From NCBI GenBank assembly GCA_001643675.2, contig LSRY02000002.1:310001-374000 (forward strand): a stretch of DNA of 64,000 nucleotides, read 5' to 3'. Positions within the stretch are counted from its first letter, which is position 1. Each line of letters starts with the position of its first letter. A program made the position numbers and the translations under genes. Positions 10,553 to 22,600 of the stretch are shown here, piece after piece. The DNA is from Monocercomonoides exilis PA203 (lineage: Eukaryota > Protista > Preaxostyla). The notes below the pieces were generated by a model. That model made no database searches and was not told where the DNA came from. It worked only from the letters and a program-made list of their open reading frames with translations.

Positions 10553-13500
10553 ATGATGGAAATTATAGCTGAAGACGAACTTGATGTTCCAGAACGTCCA
10601 GAGTTTGTTTTTAATTTTTTGTTCATTTCAGTTCAATAATAACAATATTGATTTTATTAAGGTCATCTTCACAACGTAGAAGCACAATCAAGAGTAGCTC
10701 TTTAAAAAAATCACGAAATAAAAGAACTACTCCCAGAGCTTCAAAGGCAAATGAAAAATGTGCAATTTGTGGAAAAGGTCCAGAAGCAGGTCCGACAAAA
10801 TCATTTAAAGAGAATTCAGGGAAACTAACAATTAAAATGGTCATATTGCAATATCGTAGAGAATTTTTGGAAGAGCAATGCTATCTTGATAGACTTATTG
10901 AAAGCGAGACAAAAGGTGAACAACAGCCAATTCTTCAGCAAAAGCTTCAAACATCTCTTCGAAAAATCTCCTCTTCCAATCATCATGGAAGATTGTCAAC
11001 TGACGCATTAATTACATTACCAGCTCGCAGGTTAAATACAACCGTTCAAAAAGCTGCACGCGTTTTTGATGGAAGGTTATCTCTTAAATCAGCATTAGAA
11101 CTTATAAAAAAAGAGAAAGATGCAGCTAAAAAATCGAAATATATTTCTCAATCTTCTAATAATAGCGGAAAGCCAGCAAATCCTCATTCAGCAAACGATC
11201 AGCAACTTGATCAGTCATTAAAAATGAAGCCTTCAAAAGTTGATCCGTTAAAAATTGAAGCAGATAAGCTTCAGCAAACGGTGTCCTCTGAGTCAATTTC
11301 AGAAGGAGAGGAAACTGATCGAACAATGCAATCAGCCTCGGGAAATGCTCAGATGAACTCAAAATCAAAAAAGCGAACATCCGTTTTTGACAGGTTGTCG
11401 CAAGACCCAAGCAGCAAAGAGCTTCCACTTCGCAAAGGAGATCTTCCATTTCCGTCAGCAAATTTTCCTTCTGATATTCTTCAAAATACTCAACAGGAGT
11501 CGCGTAACATTCATTTTGGGATCGAATTGAAAGAGCTTGAAAAAAAAAGTGGAACACCGAAGGCAAACAATTCTGGTGGTTCAATGCAGAAGCACCGCCA
11601 ATCAGGAGGGCTTCAGCCAGGTCTGCCTATTCAAACACTGTCAATAACACCATCTTCGAGAAAAGACCAGCCAAACACAGGCGATTCCTCTGCATCGTCC
11701 ACTCCCTTCACAACATCCACCTCTCCAAATTCTCAGTCAGCTTCACATCTGTTAGCTTCCACGCCCCACAATCTCACAGGGCGGCAGTCTTTGTCTCCGT
11801 TCATCTCCACCCCGCAGAGCAGCACGGCAGATCTGCTGGGCACAATTGAGACACGCAGGAAAACGAGGTTTTTGACGCCTGCTGGCGACTTGTTCAATTT
11901 GGAGATTGACTCTTCGCTGAGCAGAAGAGAAAGCAGAACGCCAAATGAAGAGATGAAATACACTCAGGCTGTTCAAAAGAGCAGCGGCAGAAATAGCTTC
12001 AGTGGAGACTATTCGTCACGAATAACATCTGCCCCTCGTTTGGATGTGTCACCATCTTCTGCAGCATCACTTGACTCACCTTTGCGCTCAAGACCTTCTC
12101 CTTCATCAGCACACTCCACTGCATCTTCCTCTTCCTCTTCCTCTTTTCACTCTTCTTCAAAGATGCATTCTTCTGCTGTGATGCCGTCCAGGCATAGAAG
12201 CTGCCCAAAGTCTCATCCAGACGCAGATGCAGCCACAAGGCGCTGGAGACAAAAGAGTCGGGAGATGTCTTCTGTGATCCACCCGCTGAGCTCTCTTCGC
12301 CCAGACACTCGCCTGGCTGACGACGGAACAAGGCCGATTTCGTCTTCTTCAGCATTCTACGGCAATCCTGCTCATTCGTTCTCCCCGCCTCTCTCAATGC
12401 GACACTCAGACTCAAAAATAAAACCACCCATTGGAGATTCAGAATTAAACGACGAAGGCGGGCTGTTTGGCTCAGATTTCGAAGACAAAAGCAGAAAACC
12501 AGAAAAAAACACACAAAGCAACGGAGCAAATACAGCAGCCTTTGGAAGAGAACATGGCACCACAGGCGATGCCAGCGTGTTGACTGCCTGGGACGAACCA
12601 GTCGCCTCTTCCTTTTCGCCCACGAGAGCAAACTCAGCCACTCACAAGTCTCAAAAGCCCCTCAGTTCGCATCCGTCTTCCTCGACACGCAGATCCGCTT
12701 CGACGCGGCTGGGCTCATCAACCAAACAAAGTGCCCAGCCAGCGAAGTCGTGGATCGAGCAGCAGGAGGCCAAAAAGAGCAGATGGATGGCAAGGCTCTC
12801 TTCTCGAAGTGCTCTTCCTATGTCTTCTTCGCTGTCTGCCTCAACATCAGCAGCAGCATTTAACAGAACTCAGAATGACTTCGTGGAAACATACAGCCGC
12901 TCGTCTTATCGACCTTATTCTGCTTATTCGCAGTCTTCAACTGCAGAGCGAACAACAAACGAGATGCTGCTGAAAGGGATGGAAGACAACTATCGCAGAG
13001 GAGATGGCAGAGATTCACATGCAGAAGATGATGAATATGAAGAAGAAGAAGAAGAGGAGGAGGAAGATGGGGAGGAAGAAGAAGAGGTGGAAGAAGAAAT
13101 ATTTGCAGACAATGATATTGAAGAGCTCGATGACAATGAAATATTAAGTGGAGAAGAAGAATTGGAGGCACTTCAGAAGCGCTTTGATCAGATAATGCTG
13201 TTTGACTTGGAAGAGTACAGTAAAAGCGAAAAGGAGGAAGTTAGCACACCCACAGCTAGTAGAGACAAGATTCCGCTGCAGTTTGCCACGCTTCCATCCT
13301 CACCTCCGTCGCAGCCAGCAGCAAAACCTCCTTCTTTTGCTCAGTCACAACAAGCACAGGCACAAACATCGTCTTCCTCCTCTTTGCATGCTTCTGGCAC
13401 TGCCTCTTCACGAACAATCGCTTCGTCTTCGTCCACACCTCGTTTGAAGCACGAAAATGAACAGAACGAATCTTTATCTTCATCTCAAGTGAACACTCCA

Positions 13501-14091
13501 TACTCATCTCGCATTCTCCCTTCATACAACTCTCAATCCGATCTTCATGATTCTTCTTCTTCTTCTTCTTCGTCGTCTTCTTCAACTTCTTCACACAACA
13601 CCAGCGGCAGCCGTCCGTTTATCAGTGGCATCGATCGCCACGGTACTCAGATTCTGCCAGACAAAGTTCTGTCGATGATAACTCCGCCCCAGAACACCTT
13701 CAGCTTCTTGTTTGCTTCCTCTGCTCGTTCCAGTCTGTTTGAAAGCAGCGCCCAAATGCAGACAATCACTCCACCACTTCAAGTGCCAGCCACTTCACAG
13801 CTGAGTTATGCCACTCAATCAGCAGACACTTCATCTCATTCACAACATCTTCGGAACGGTGCAAATTCTGCCCCAATAAAAGTCAGCCAGCGCCGCTTTG
13901 CTGATGCGTGCATTGTTCTGGATAGTGGCAGCGATGAAGAAGTGCCCCCGCTTCTGAAGAGGATCCTGCCATTCATCTCGAAGCAGAAGTACAACAACCT
14001 CAAAACAGACCCGCTGTTCCTGTCTCAGACGGTGACAGTCTGTCTGAAGTGCTCTCTGGCATTTCGCTCTCTTTACAATCAGAAAAAGTGA
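10553..14091 (+). CDS. Hypothetical, mostly disordered Ser-rich protein with terminal CxxC pairs; exons 10553-10602 and 10662-14091; ~1159 aa
   Basis: 1147-codon ORF lacking an early ATG, plus an in-frame upstream exon MMEIIAEDELDVPERPE joined through a GTTTGT...TTAAG intron (10603-10661). CAIC at 10759, CLKC at 14041, poly-Glu tract at ~13030-13100. Confidence 0.75.
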
Positions 14092-14585
14092 AGTCTCACT
14101 TATTTTTGTGGAGAAAGCGCTTTTCCAGAATTGTGTGTGAGTTATTGGAGTTTAATTATCTTTGATGTTTGTTATATTGACAGTTTTCGTTGAGTGTTTT
14201 CGTGAATGTGTTATATCCATTTATTTTTTTTTCTTTGTGTTGTTTTTCTAAGTTAAATTTCCCCACATTTGATTATGAAAAAATATATTTTTTTTTAGTG
14301 CGACGATATTTTTCAGTATGTTTTTTATTAAAAAAAAAAATAAACAAAAATTGGTGTTGTTTGCATTGCAACTTCAACATTTTAAACAGCACATCTCAAA
14401 AACAAAACAAAAAAAGCAACAAAAAAGATAACCAACGTCAATAAAAACAAGTGAAATTAAAGTCTTCTTGAAAACGAAATCTTCCAAGAATATCAAACAC
14501 AAATAGAAATCCTAACTTTTAATAGTGAAATAAAATATCTTATTTTGTAAACACACAAAATATCACAAAAACCGAAATAACATCA

Positions 14586-17411
14586 TCAAACAGTTGGATG
14601 TGGACGAGGGCGCGGACGTGAGTGAGGTGTCTGTGTTGAATGGACAAAAGGCATTGGAGAAGGAGACACAGAAGAAGCATCAGAAAATAATGCATCTCCA
14701 GTTTCATCTGAGGGAAGTGAGTTGAATGAAGGCAAAGGAAAAGAGGATGTAGGCTGTGAATGAATTTGAGGATGCATTTGTATTTGTTGCATTTCACGCC
14801 GCTGATGAGGTGCATGAGAAGAAGATGAATCATGCGGGAAACTATTATTATTGACTTCAGATTCACCATCTTTCTGATTGTTTTGCGGCAATCCCCCAAA
14901 AGAAGATAAGGAATCAGCATGTGAAATGCTATTGTCAACGTGTTGTTCCATCTGAGTGTCAGCAACATGATTTCTCGTCGAAGAAGCAGAACATTCAGAA
15001 TGCTCATCATCTGACAGATGCGTTGGCAAATAAGGTGAAATGGATGAATTGCTGGGAGTAATCAAAGAAGTGGAAGAAGACGACAATTCTTGTGAGTTGA
15101 TTGATGGGCGTGGAGTGAATAAAAGAGACGAAACAGAATTGTGAGCGGAAGAAGAATGAGAGAAAGGCTGAAGAGGCAAAGGCGGAAGTGAGGAAGAAGA
15201 TGAAGATGATGTTATCATTGGGGTAGAAGGAGATAAAGAAGGCATAGCACCACAAGAGGTCAAAGAAGCAGATGCCTGTGAAGGAGATTGAGTATTTGGC
15301 GAAGCAGAAGAAGGAGAATGAGAGGGCTCTATTGATGGACTGATAACAGTTTGAAGTGGAGAAGATTGAGAAGCTATTGATTGATTAACAGGTTCAGTTG
15401 ACGAAAGAGAAGGAGGCTGTGAGGAAGGTAAAGGAGCCCCCATTGCTTTGTCTAATGAAGAAACCAAATCATCAGAAAGAGAAGGATATTTGGTGTAGTC
15501 TGACTGGAAGGAGGAAAGAGACGGGTGATTCCGCGAAGAAGGGAAAGACGAGTCGATGTTTCGGGCGACGCTCATCATCTGTCCGAGAAGAAGAGAAGAA
15601 AAAGAAGGAAGCGATTCGTCAAGTGCCGTGACGGTGTCTGAATGTTCTGTCAAATACTCAGAATTCAACGGAGGTAGAGGCGTGAATGTTGACCGAGATG
15701 AAGTGAAAGACAAAGGAGTGGATGGAAGTGAATTGACATCAGGTAACTGCGAAATGAAGCTTGGCGAGTCAATTGAATGTGAAGCTGAATGAAATGGAGT
15801 GAATGTGCTCACGTCGTCTGGTGTTGGAGACTGAGATGATCGTGAAAGAGGAGGAAACTCTGTTTGTGTGAAGACTCTTGGGAAATGCTCGAAAGAAGAA
15901 GAAGAAGAAGAAGACAATTGTGAGTGTTTGAGAGAAAGATGCATTAACTGGTGTGTTGTCAGAATGGTCGGTTCGACTGGAACAACAAAAGCGGACACTT
16001 CAGATGGCTGAGGATTGATTGCGGCTGAAGAAAAGTCCATTTCTGGAACTGAGTGGGTGCTGCTGGATTCTTCCTCTTTCTTTGCTTTTGCTTGTGTTTC
16101 TCTGTCTGTTTTGCTGTCTCTATCAACTTTGTGCACTTCTTCAGATTCAAAGTTTCCACCTAGTTCATTTTGCGGTTGTTCAGATCTTTTTGTTCTGCTC
16201 TCTTTTTTCTTGTTGGCGAATTCCTTATTGTTTCTATTTTTTGTTTGAAATTCATTTGCATAATCAGAGAAAAACTGAGCTTCAATTTCTGAGTCTCGAA
16301 ATCCGACGACTAAAGCAGCACCAAGAGACGGTAGCGGAACGACACCCATTTGGATAGAAGGAAGATTTGAAGAGAACGAAGTGAAAGTTGCTGGACGAGA
16401 TGAAGGATTGGAAGGTGTGTGAGTTGATTGTGCTCCCTCGACAGTTCCAAAGTGAGAGGTGCTTTTGTCCATTGCATCTGACGATCTTGATGAAAAAAAT
16501 CCTCTGTGAAAGAATAAAAGATAAGGAATGTCATTTTGATGTTGGGAAGAAACGGTTTCCTCCAACAATAACCCACCAATATGAGAAGTGAACTTTGAAT
16601 TATGGCTAGGATGTTGAGCTGCCTGTCGATCTTTCTGATCGCAGTTACGAAAATCCTCGCTTTTTTGATTCCACAGCGATAGTGAAATAAAAGAGAAGAG
16701 AAATGCTAGCTCGCTCGGCTGCAGAAATAGTTTCAATGAAATTTCTTGTGCAAAAGAAAATTCCGTTTTTTGGGATAAAATCCAATTGTCATCAACTTGA
16801 AATAATAACTCTGTTCCACAAGGAAGCACAATTGATGCAAAATATACAATTGAAGATGGAAACATTGCACTAATAAGTGAGGAATTCCTGAAAAATGGAG
16901 AAAACCATGAGCGTGAATATGTTGTTGGTAGAATAATAAGAGGTCGAATGTAATGGTTTGAAAATTGAATGAATTGTTCCTTTGTTCGTATTTTTTGAGG
17001 CCATGTTGCGCTGTCCTCATCAACACCAATAGAACTGTGCGCATCATATGAAGAAAGTTCTTTTTTTTTCTTTTCCAGTTCTTCGAGTAAAATCCGCTGT
17101 ATGGTTATTGGAAATAATAACTGAAATGCATTTAATATCTGGAAGCTCAAAAGAGAATTATTGTATTGCTCAGAGCGATGCTTTGTGAGAATTGCGACAA
17201 TCATGTCATTTCCCTCTGCCGTTGCAATAATCCAGTCGTATAAAACAAAGGAAGACAACGATAATTTATTGGATGCAAACATATGCATAGCTACAATAAA
17301 ATCAATCAAGTGTTGAATATGAATTTGGCTGCATTGTTGTTTTGTGGCAGTATTCACAAAAACCGTTCCTAATTTTGATAAAATAAGACAGAACTCACTC
17401 CTTAATTTCAT
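14586..17411 (-). CDS. Hypothetical 941-aa protein; putative N-terminal longin-like domain, long Ser/Pro-rich tail
   Basis: Uninterrupted ATG-to-TGA ORF. The N-term pattern LILSKLGTVFV / LIDFIVAMHMFA / LSSFVL / IIATAE / MIVAILT / FQILNAFQLLF fits longin beta-beta-alpha-beta-beta-beta-alpha order (inference). Confidence 0.72.
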   Translation of the reverse strand: MKLRSEFCLILSKLGTVFVNTATKQQCSQIHIQHLIDFIVAMHMFASNKLSLSSFVLYDWIIATAEGNDMIVAILTKHRSEQYNNSLLSFQILNAFQLLFPITIQRILLEELEKKKKELSSYDAHSSIGVDEDSATWPQKIRTKEQFIQFSNHYIRPLIILPTTYSRSWFSPFFRNSSLISAMFPSSIVYFASIVLPCGTELLFQVDDNWILSQKTEFSFAQEISLKLFLQPSELAFLFSFISLSLWNQKSEDFRNCDQKDRQAAQHPSHNSKFTSHIGGLLLEETVSSQHQNDIPYLLFFHRGFFSSRSSDAMDKSTSHFGTVEGAQSTHTPSNPSSRPATFTSFSSNLPSIQMGVVPLPSLGAALVVGFRDSEIEAQFFSDYANEFQTKNRNNKEFANKKKESRTKRSEQPQNELGGNFESEEVHKVDRDSKTDRETQAKAKKEEESSSTHSVPEMDFSSAAINPQPSEVSAFVVPVEPTILTTHQLMHLSLKHSQLSSSSSSSFEHFPRVFTQTEFPPLSRSSQSPTPDDVSTFTPFHSASHSIDSPSFISQLPDVNSLPSTPLSFTSSRSTFTPLPPLNSEYLTEHSDTVTALDESLPSFSSLLLGQMMSVARNIDSSFPSSRNHPSLSSFQSDYTKYPSLSDDLVSSLDKAMGAPLPSSQPPSLSSTEPVNQSIASQSSPLQTVISPSIEPSHSPSSASPNTQSPSQASASLTSCGAMPSLSPSTPMITSSSSSSSLPPLPLQPFSHSSSAHNSVSSLLFTPRPSINSQELSSSSTSLITPSNSSISPYLPTHLSDDEHSECSASSTRNHVADTQMEQHVDNSISHADSLSSFGGLPQNNQKDGESEVNNNSFPHDSSSSHAPHQRREMQQIQMHPQIHSQPTSSFPLPSFNSLPSDETGDALFSDASSVSPSPMPFVHSTQTPHSRPRPRPHPTV

Positions 17412-17626
17412 TGTAAAAATTACAATAAAACAGAAGGTGTGAATGGTTTTTGTTTCCTCTTTGAGTAAAATTTATTATTCTGAAAATTAAAAATGGGTAT
17501 AATTCTTTAAAAATAAAAATTGTAATATCCATTTGAATGCATAAAATAACGTAACTACGCAATATAAATTTAACACGATTAAAATATTAAATACAAAGAC
17601 TCACGAATCATTTTCTGATTGGTTTT

Positions 17627-19384
17627 TTATTTCTTCTTATTCTTATCTTTGGAACTATGCTTTTTTGTATTTGACTTTTTTGGTTGGATTTGTGTTTCTG
17701 GCTTCTTTGACTGTGATTGTGACTTTGACTTTTCAGGTTGATTTTCGACTTTTGGACTCGACTTTCTGGTCATTTCAATATTTCCTGCCCAGAAGACGCT
17801 CACAAAAACCTATATTTTTATATATTGCAAGAAAGAGAGAAAGAAAAGTGAGAGAGAATTCTAAAAAGTTTCAATAAAAATTGGATACATACCACAATGA
17901 TTCCGAATGTTTGTCGTGGTGTAACTTTGTGTCCAAAGAAGACGACTGATAAAATCAGCGATAAGCACTGTCAGAAGAAAGATTTCAAAATTCGTTTGAA
18001 GAAGAAAGAATTCAATGATGAATAACAAATGAAAGAAAGATAAAAAAAGTCAAATTTCTAAAAATTGAAAAATGAAAAAATATTTTTTAAAGAAGAACTT
18101 TTCACGATTTTCAAATTTATCTTCTTTTTTTAAGTCCATTCATTTGAACAACAAATCTCTTTTATTCAAACTTTTCTTAGTGAGGTCGCAACATTCTTCC
18201 ACCAGATGCCATATTTCTGTTTTAAGGAAATAATCATAATCTGCCCCATAAGATGAAATATGGATATCAGTACAATTCCTGCCAATTGCTTTGGATTCTC
18301 TTTCATAAGCTCAATTGAGTGCTCTAATTTGTGATTAACGACAATGACTGATAATATTCAAATATGCAATTGCTCAATGTTGCATCGTTAAATAATTCGA
18401 AAAAGCATACATAGAAACAAGAATAAAGCTGCGACAGGCATGTTGCATGCTAAAATTAAGTTCATTGAATGCCTGAGAAACAAAAAAGCAAAACTAACAT
18501 TTGTATATGTTTGAGAAAAAATTCACACCCTTTCTTTAGCAACTTTGACTGTAATTCATCGAAAAAGCTGTTAAAATTCGTGCTCACAACAACCAACATC
18601 TAATCAATAAAAACAATGGATGAAATGCTCTTTAATATAAATCAATAAATAACAACACACAATTCCCAACCAAGAAACATTTTCCAAAAGTCCCTGTTGG
18701 GCTTTAGGCGACAACAACACAATCACAAGTCCGGAAAACAGCATTAAGGAGACAATAATTTCTTGGTAAGAATATCCTAAAATTCCTCCTGTTTTCTTTT
18801 TGCTACCATTTATTATAAAGCTTGCGGGCATTGCTTTAAAAAAAAAAAAAATCAAATTTTAATACATAAAACATTCTACTTTCATGAAACAAACCAATAA
18901 GAAGCTTTGCAGATGAAAGCAAAATTTTGAGCGGATACGGAAGGTAATTGACTGAAAGACTCATCAAAAACACTGCTGTTGCATAAAACGCTCCGCAAGC
19001 AATGTTAATAAAAAAGTCTTTTTTGGTAAATTTAACATGTTTTGTATTCTTTTTTGTTGCAATAACTGTACAAGAGAGAAACAAAAATTGTTTTTGTTAA
19101 ATCAAAACATGAGTCTGAAACATAATACCACATAAGCTGAACAATGTCGTGGTTATGCAATCCACAAATGGTATTAACAGAGCAAATGTCATGTCCTTCT
19201 TGTTTCCGGTCATTGATAATCTTCAAAAATACAATCAGAACACAAAATATTAATGATTTTAAACAAATGCAAACATCTTTTCTGTTCCAAATTCTTGGAA
19301 TAAGCACGTTAAAAGAAGAGCGCAAGAATGGAGAATAAACATGACAATATCTCCAACAGATCGCTGAGATTGTACTTGTGTCAT
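17627..19384 (-). CDS. UAA/SLC35B-family nucleotide-sugar transporter; 9 exons: 19384-19275, 19220-19129, 19065-18895, 18833-18661, 18599-18529, 18472-18411, 18347-18172, 17967-17893, 17809-17627; ~370 aa
   Basis: All 8 GT-AG joins keep frame. Family motifs FQE..EKI, VNYLPYPLKILLSSAKLLIAM, GQIMIISLKQKYG...ATSLRK, SLILSVVFFGHKVT. Multiple hydrophobic helices and a C-terminal KNKKK (ER-retrieval-like). Confidence 0.85.
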
Positions 19385-19633
19385 TTACACCAAAATACAA
19401 AATGATGGATCTACGAACCATTATGAAGTTTTGATTATAAAAATTACAAAATATGGCAATGTCACAAACTATTCTTTTGCGCAAAAACATATGTTAAAGA
19501 AAAAATCATATCAAAAATGCATTGAACAACAAAATTAAGCATAAAAATCATTCCACAATCGAAAGAACGAAAAAGATCAATTCAAAACATTGAAAAAACA
19601 CAAACATTTAAAGCCGATAATAATAAAAAAATA

Positions 19634-22600
19634 CTAATTACCAATGAGCCAAACGGGCATGCTCAGATCAATAGTGGTTGAATCGCCTTCATTGGGATCA
19701 TCATTTGTAACAGCGATATATCGTTTTCTTTCGAATGAAAGAGTAATTTCATCCTCTTCTTTTTCGTAATCCCTAACAATTATACATCCTTCTGGTATTC
19801 TGTTTATTTCTTGTTGACTCTTCTCACCATGTCTGAGATCTCTGTCAAGTGCTCTAATCGCGTTTTCCATTGGCGTCAGCTCTCTCACAGCAGCGCGCTC
19901 CACCTTCTCTACACCTGTCACAAAGAGACTGAAGATGTCAGCCAGAAACAGCTGAATGCCGCCAACAGAACTCATCTTCTGCTCTTTTCGAGTGCGCAAC
20001 ACACGGCCAGATGTTCTCGAGCGGCTGTCCAAAGACATCTGCCCTGCCTGCTCGCTGTACTCGCTGCTGGACTCGGCTGAGCTTCCTGAATCTTCACTGC
20101 CATATTCAGACAAGCTTTCGTTGCTGTCCCCGTCTGCCTCACCTTCAGCAGCTGTGCTTCCCAAATGAAGAACAGCTGCCCTCTGCAGACTGCGCTGCTG
20201 CTGGAGAAGCAACCTTCTTTGGGCTGACTTCAGAAGTGATGATGGAATAGACAAGATTGGCGTCAGCAGCCGGCCAGCCACTTCGAGTGGGATGCTGGCG
20301 AGTCTCTTCATACCCCCTACGAGCATCTGCTGCCAGTTTCCCCTCACCACCCCTGCCTCCACATCCTCTCCCAGCCCTTTTGCATGCCCTGCCACTGCCA
20401 CAAGTGCTGCCACCACCTGCCCGAAGAGCGGAATCACACGCGACAGCTCAGCTTTGTGTGTCACTGCGAGCTCAGTCATTGCCTTCTTCGAGAAAGGCAT
20501 CACGATCCCTTTCATGAGACCGCCTTGGTAGCCATCCTGGCTGAAGAAGGGGAAGTCCAAGCACACACCTTCGAACGAAGGGATGATCGATGTGATGTTG
20601 TTGAATGTGAGAGAGCCCCCAACAGCATTCAGCACTACACGGAACAGCGACGCTTTTGCTGGCTTTTTGACACTTTTGTCAGGCGAATCTGACATTCCTT
20701 GCTCTGTTGGGCTGGCTGGATTGGATGGTGTCTGAGCACTTCTGTCGTCGTCGGTGTCTGACCGGAACGAGAGAAAGAGCGTGAATGGATCCATCTCAAA
20801 GGAGAAGCAGAAGCCAGGTGCTTCTGATGGGTGTGCAGCACTTCCAATTGTGTTTGAAAGTTCTTTTTTGGAGTTCCGGATGAAGTTTTGATAATGTGAA
20901 AAGTAAATTCTGGGGACAGATGGTCTTGATGAAGACGATGAAGCATGAGAAATTGTTGCTCTTCTTCTCAACTGCATTCGATTGAGTTCGAAAATGTTTT
21001 GTTTTCCACAATGAAACGGCAACTGTGAAGGGAGAGGATGAGAAAGATAAAACAATTCTGGATGATGTTTCTTCTGCTTTTGCAGCAAGTAATCGTCGCT
21101 GAATGGACTGTGGAAATTCAGCCATCTTTCTGATATTCTCCTCATCGCTCTCTTCTCTTCCTTCTCCTTCGCAGCAGCAGACGGAGGAGGCAGACACCAC
21201 TGCATCACAAACGTGAGCAGCGCAGAAATTGTTGACTCGTTCAAAGAGACTGCCACAAGTGAAGGTAAATGGAGGCGAATGAACGAAGAGCCGAATGTGT
21301 CGACTGATGTGCCAACAACTGAGTGTGTCTCCATATGCAGCAGAAGAGGCGCCGGGTGGCTGGCAATCGCAGGTAGACAACGTGAATCAGCCAGCGCTGA
21401 GACAAAAGTGGAGTTTTCATCAGAAGATGACTGGGAAGACGAGCCGTCGTGCTTTGAGGGCAGGTATGCTCTGTGGACAAGATAGCAGGAAGGATATGAT
21501 GCCATTGCCTTTTCATACAGCTTCCGTCTTCCAGTTGATGTCACAACAGAGTTTGCAAGATTTGCTGGCACGCACAAGTCAGTCATGCATCGGGGCACAT
21601 AAAGCGGATGGAGCTGTGATGCATGCAATTGAGAAACTAATTCAGCAGGCGATGGAGTGACAGGTGGTGGCGATTCTGGAAAAGCCACAAATCCGACTGC
21701 CTGTTCAGATGTGTGACGAATAAGACGCTGTATGGACAAAGCTTTCTGCAGCTCATCGTCGACTTTCAGTCTGTTCATCGAATGCGTCGAAAGAAGATAA
21801 TCGAAATGTGGTTTTTGCAGCGGTGAGTGGAGGAAAGATGCAATTGTCCTGTCTTTGATGATGAAATCACCTATAACTGTGTCGTTTACAGAGCGCGGAT
21901 ACGAATTCATCATTTTTGAAGTTGCATATGATCCATCTGCTTCGCTCAGAACAGGAGGAAGAAAACCGTCCAAATGATATGCAATATCCATCATTTGCAT
22001 CTCTAAGAACGGAACATGTTTGCCATCGGTGTGTTTTCCTGCATCCTGTTTTTGTGTGATGTTGTTCCAAGTGCCCTGTTGAGGCAGCACCACGTCGAGT
22101 GTGGCCTGCTTCACATCTGCGTGGAAGGAGTAGTTCAGAGGAGGACGAGGATGACCAGAGGGAAGCAGAGCACCTGCGGGAGGAGGAGGCGGATGGGAAT
22201 TGACCCTGTTTGAGGCATAGGAAGAGCGATGAGCCACTTTGCGGATTGCTTTGGTGTTTTGTCCAAGAGGCGTGTGGAGAGAGGCAGAGCAGGCTGTTTG
22301 GATTGAGCCAACCAATGATTTGCCTGTGGATGGACGGTTAGCAGCAAGATTATCTTTTTCTCTGTTTGTTGAACAACTTTGCTTTATGGCGTTGTGAATT
22401 GGGCGAACACTCGAAGAATTCGAATTAGTTGTCAAAATTGGTATTTCTGGAATGCTCACAAACGAAGTCTTACCAACAAATAGCTTACGAGGCGTAAGTT
22501 TGTTGTTTTCCTCTTTCATTTTTTGTTTTGTCTTTCTATCTGTTCCATATCTTAGTTGCCATTGCTCTTGTGGGATGTTAAGTTCGATAGAATAAAGAAC

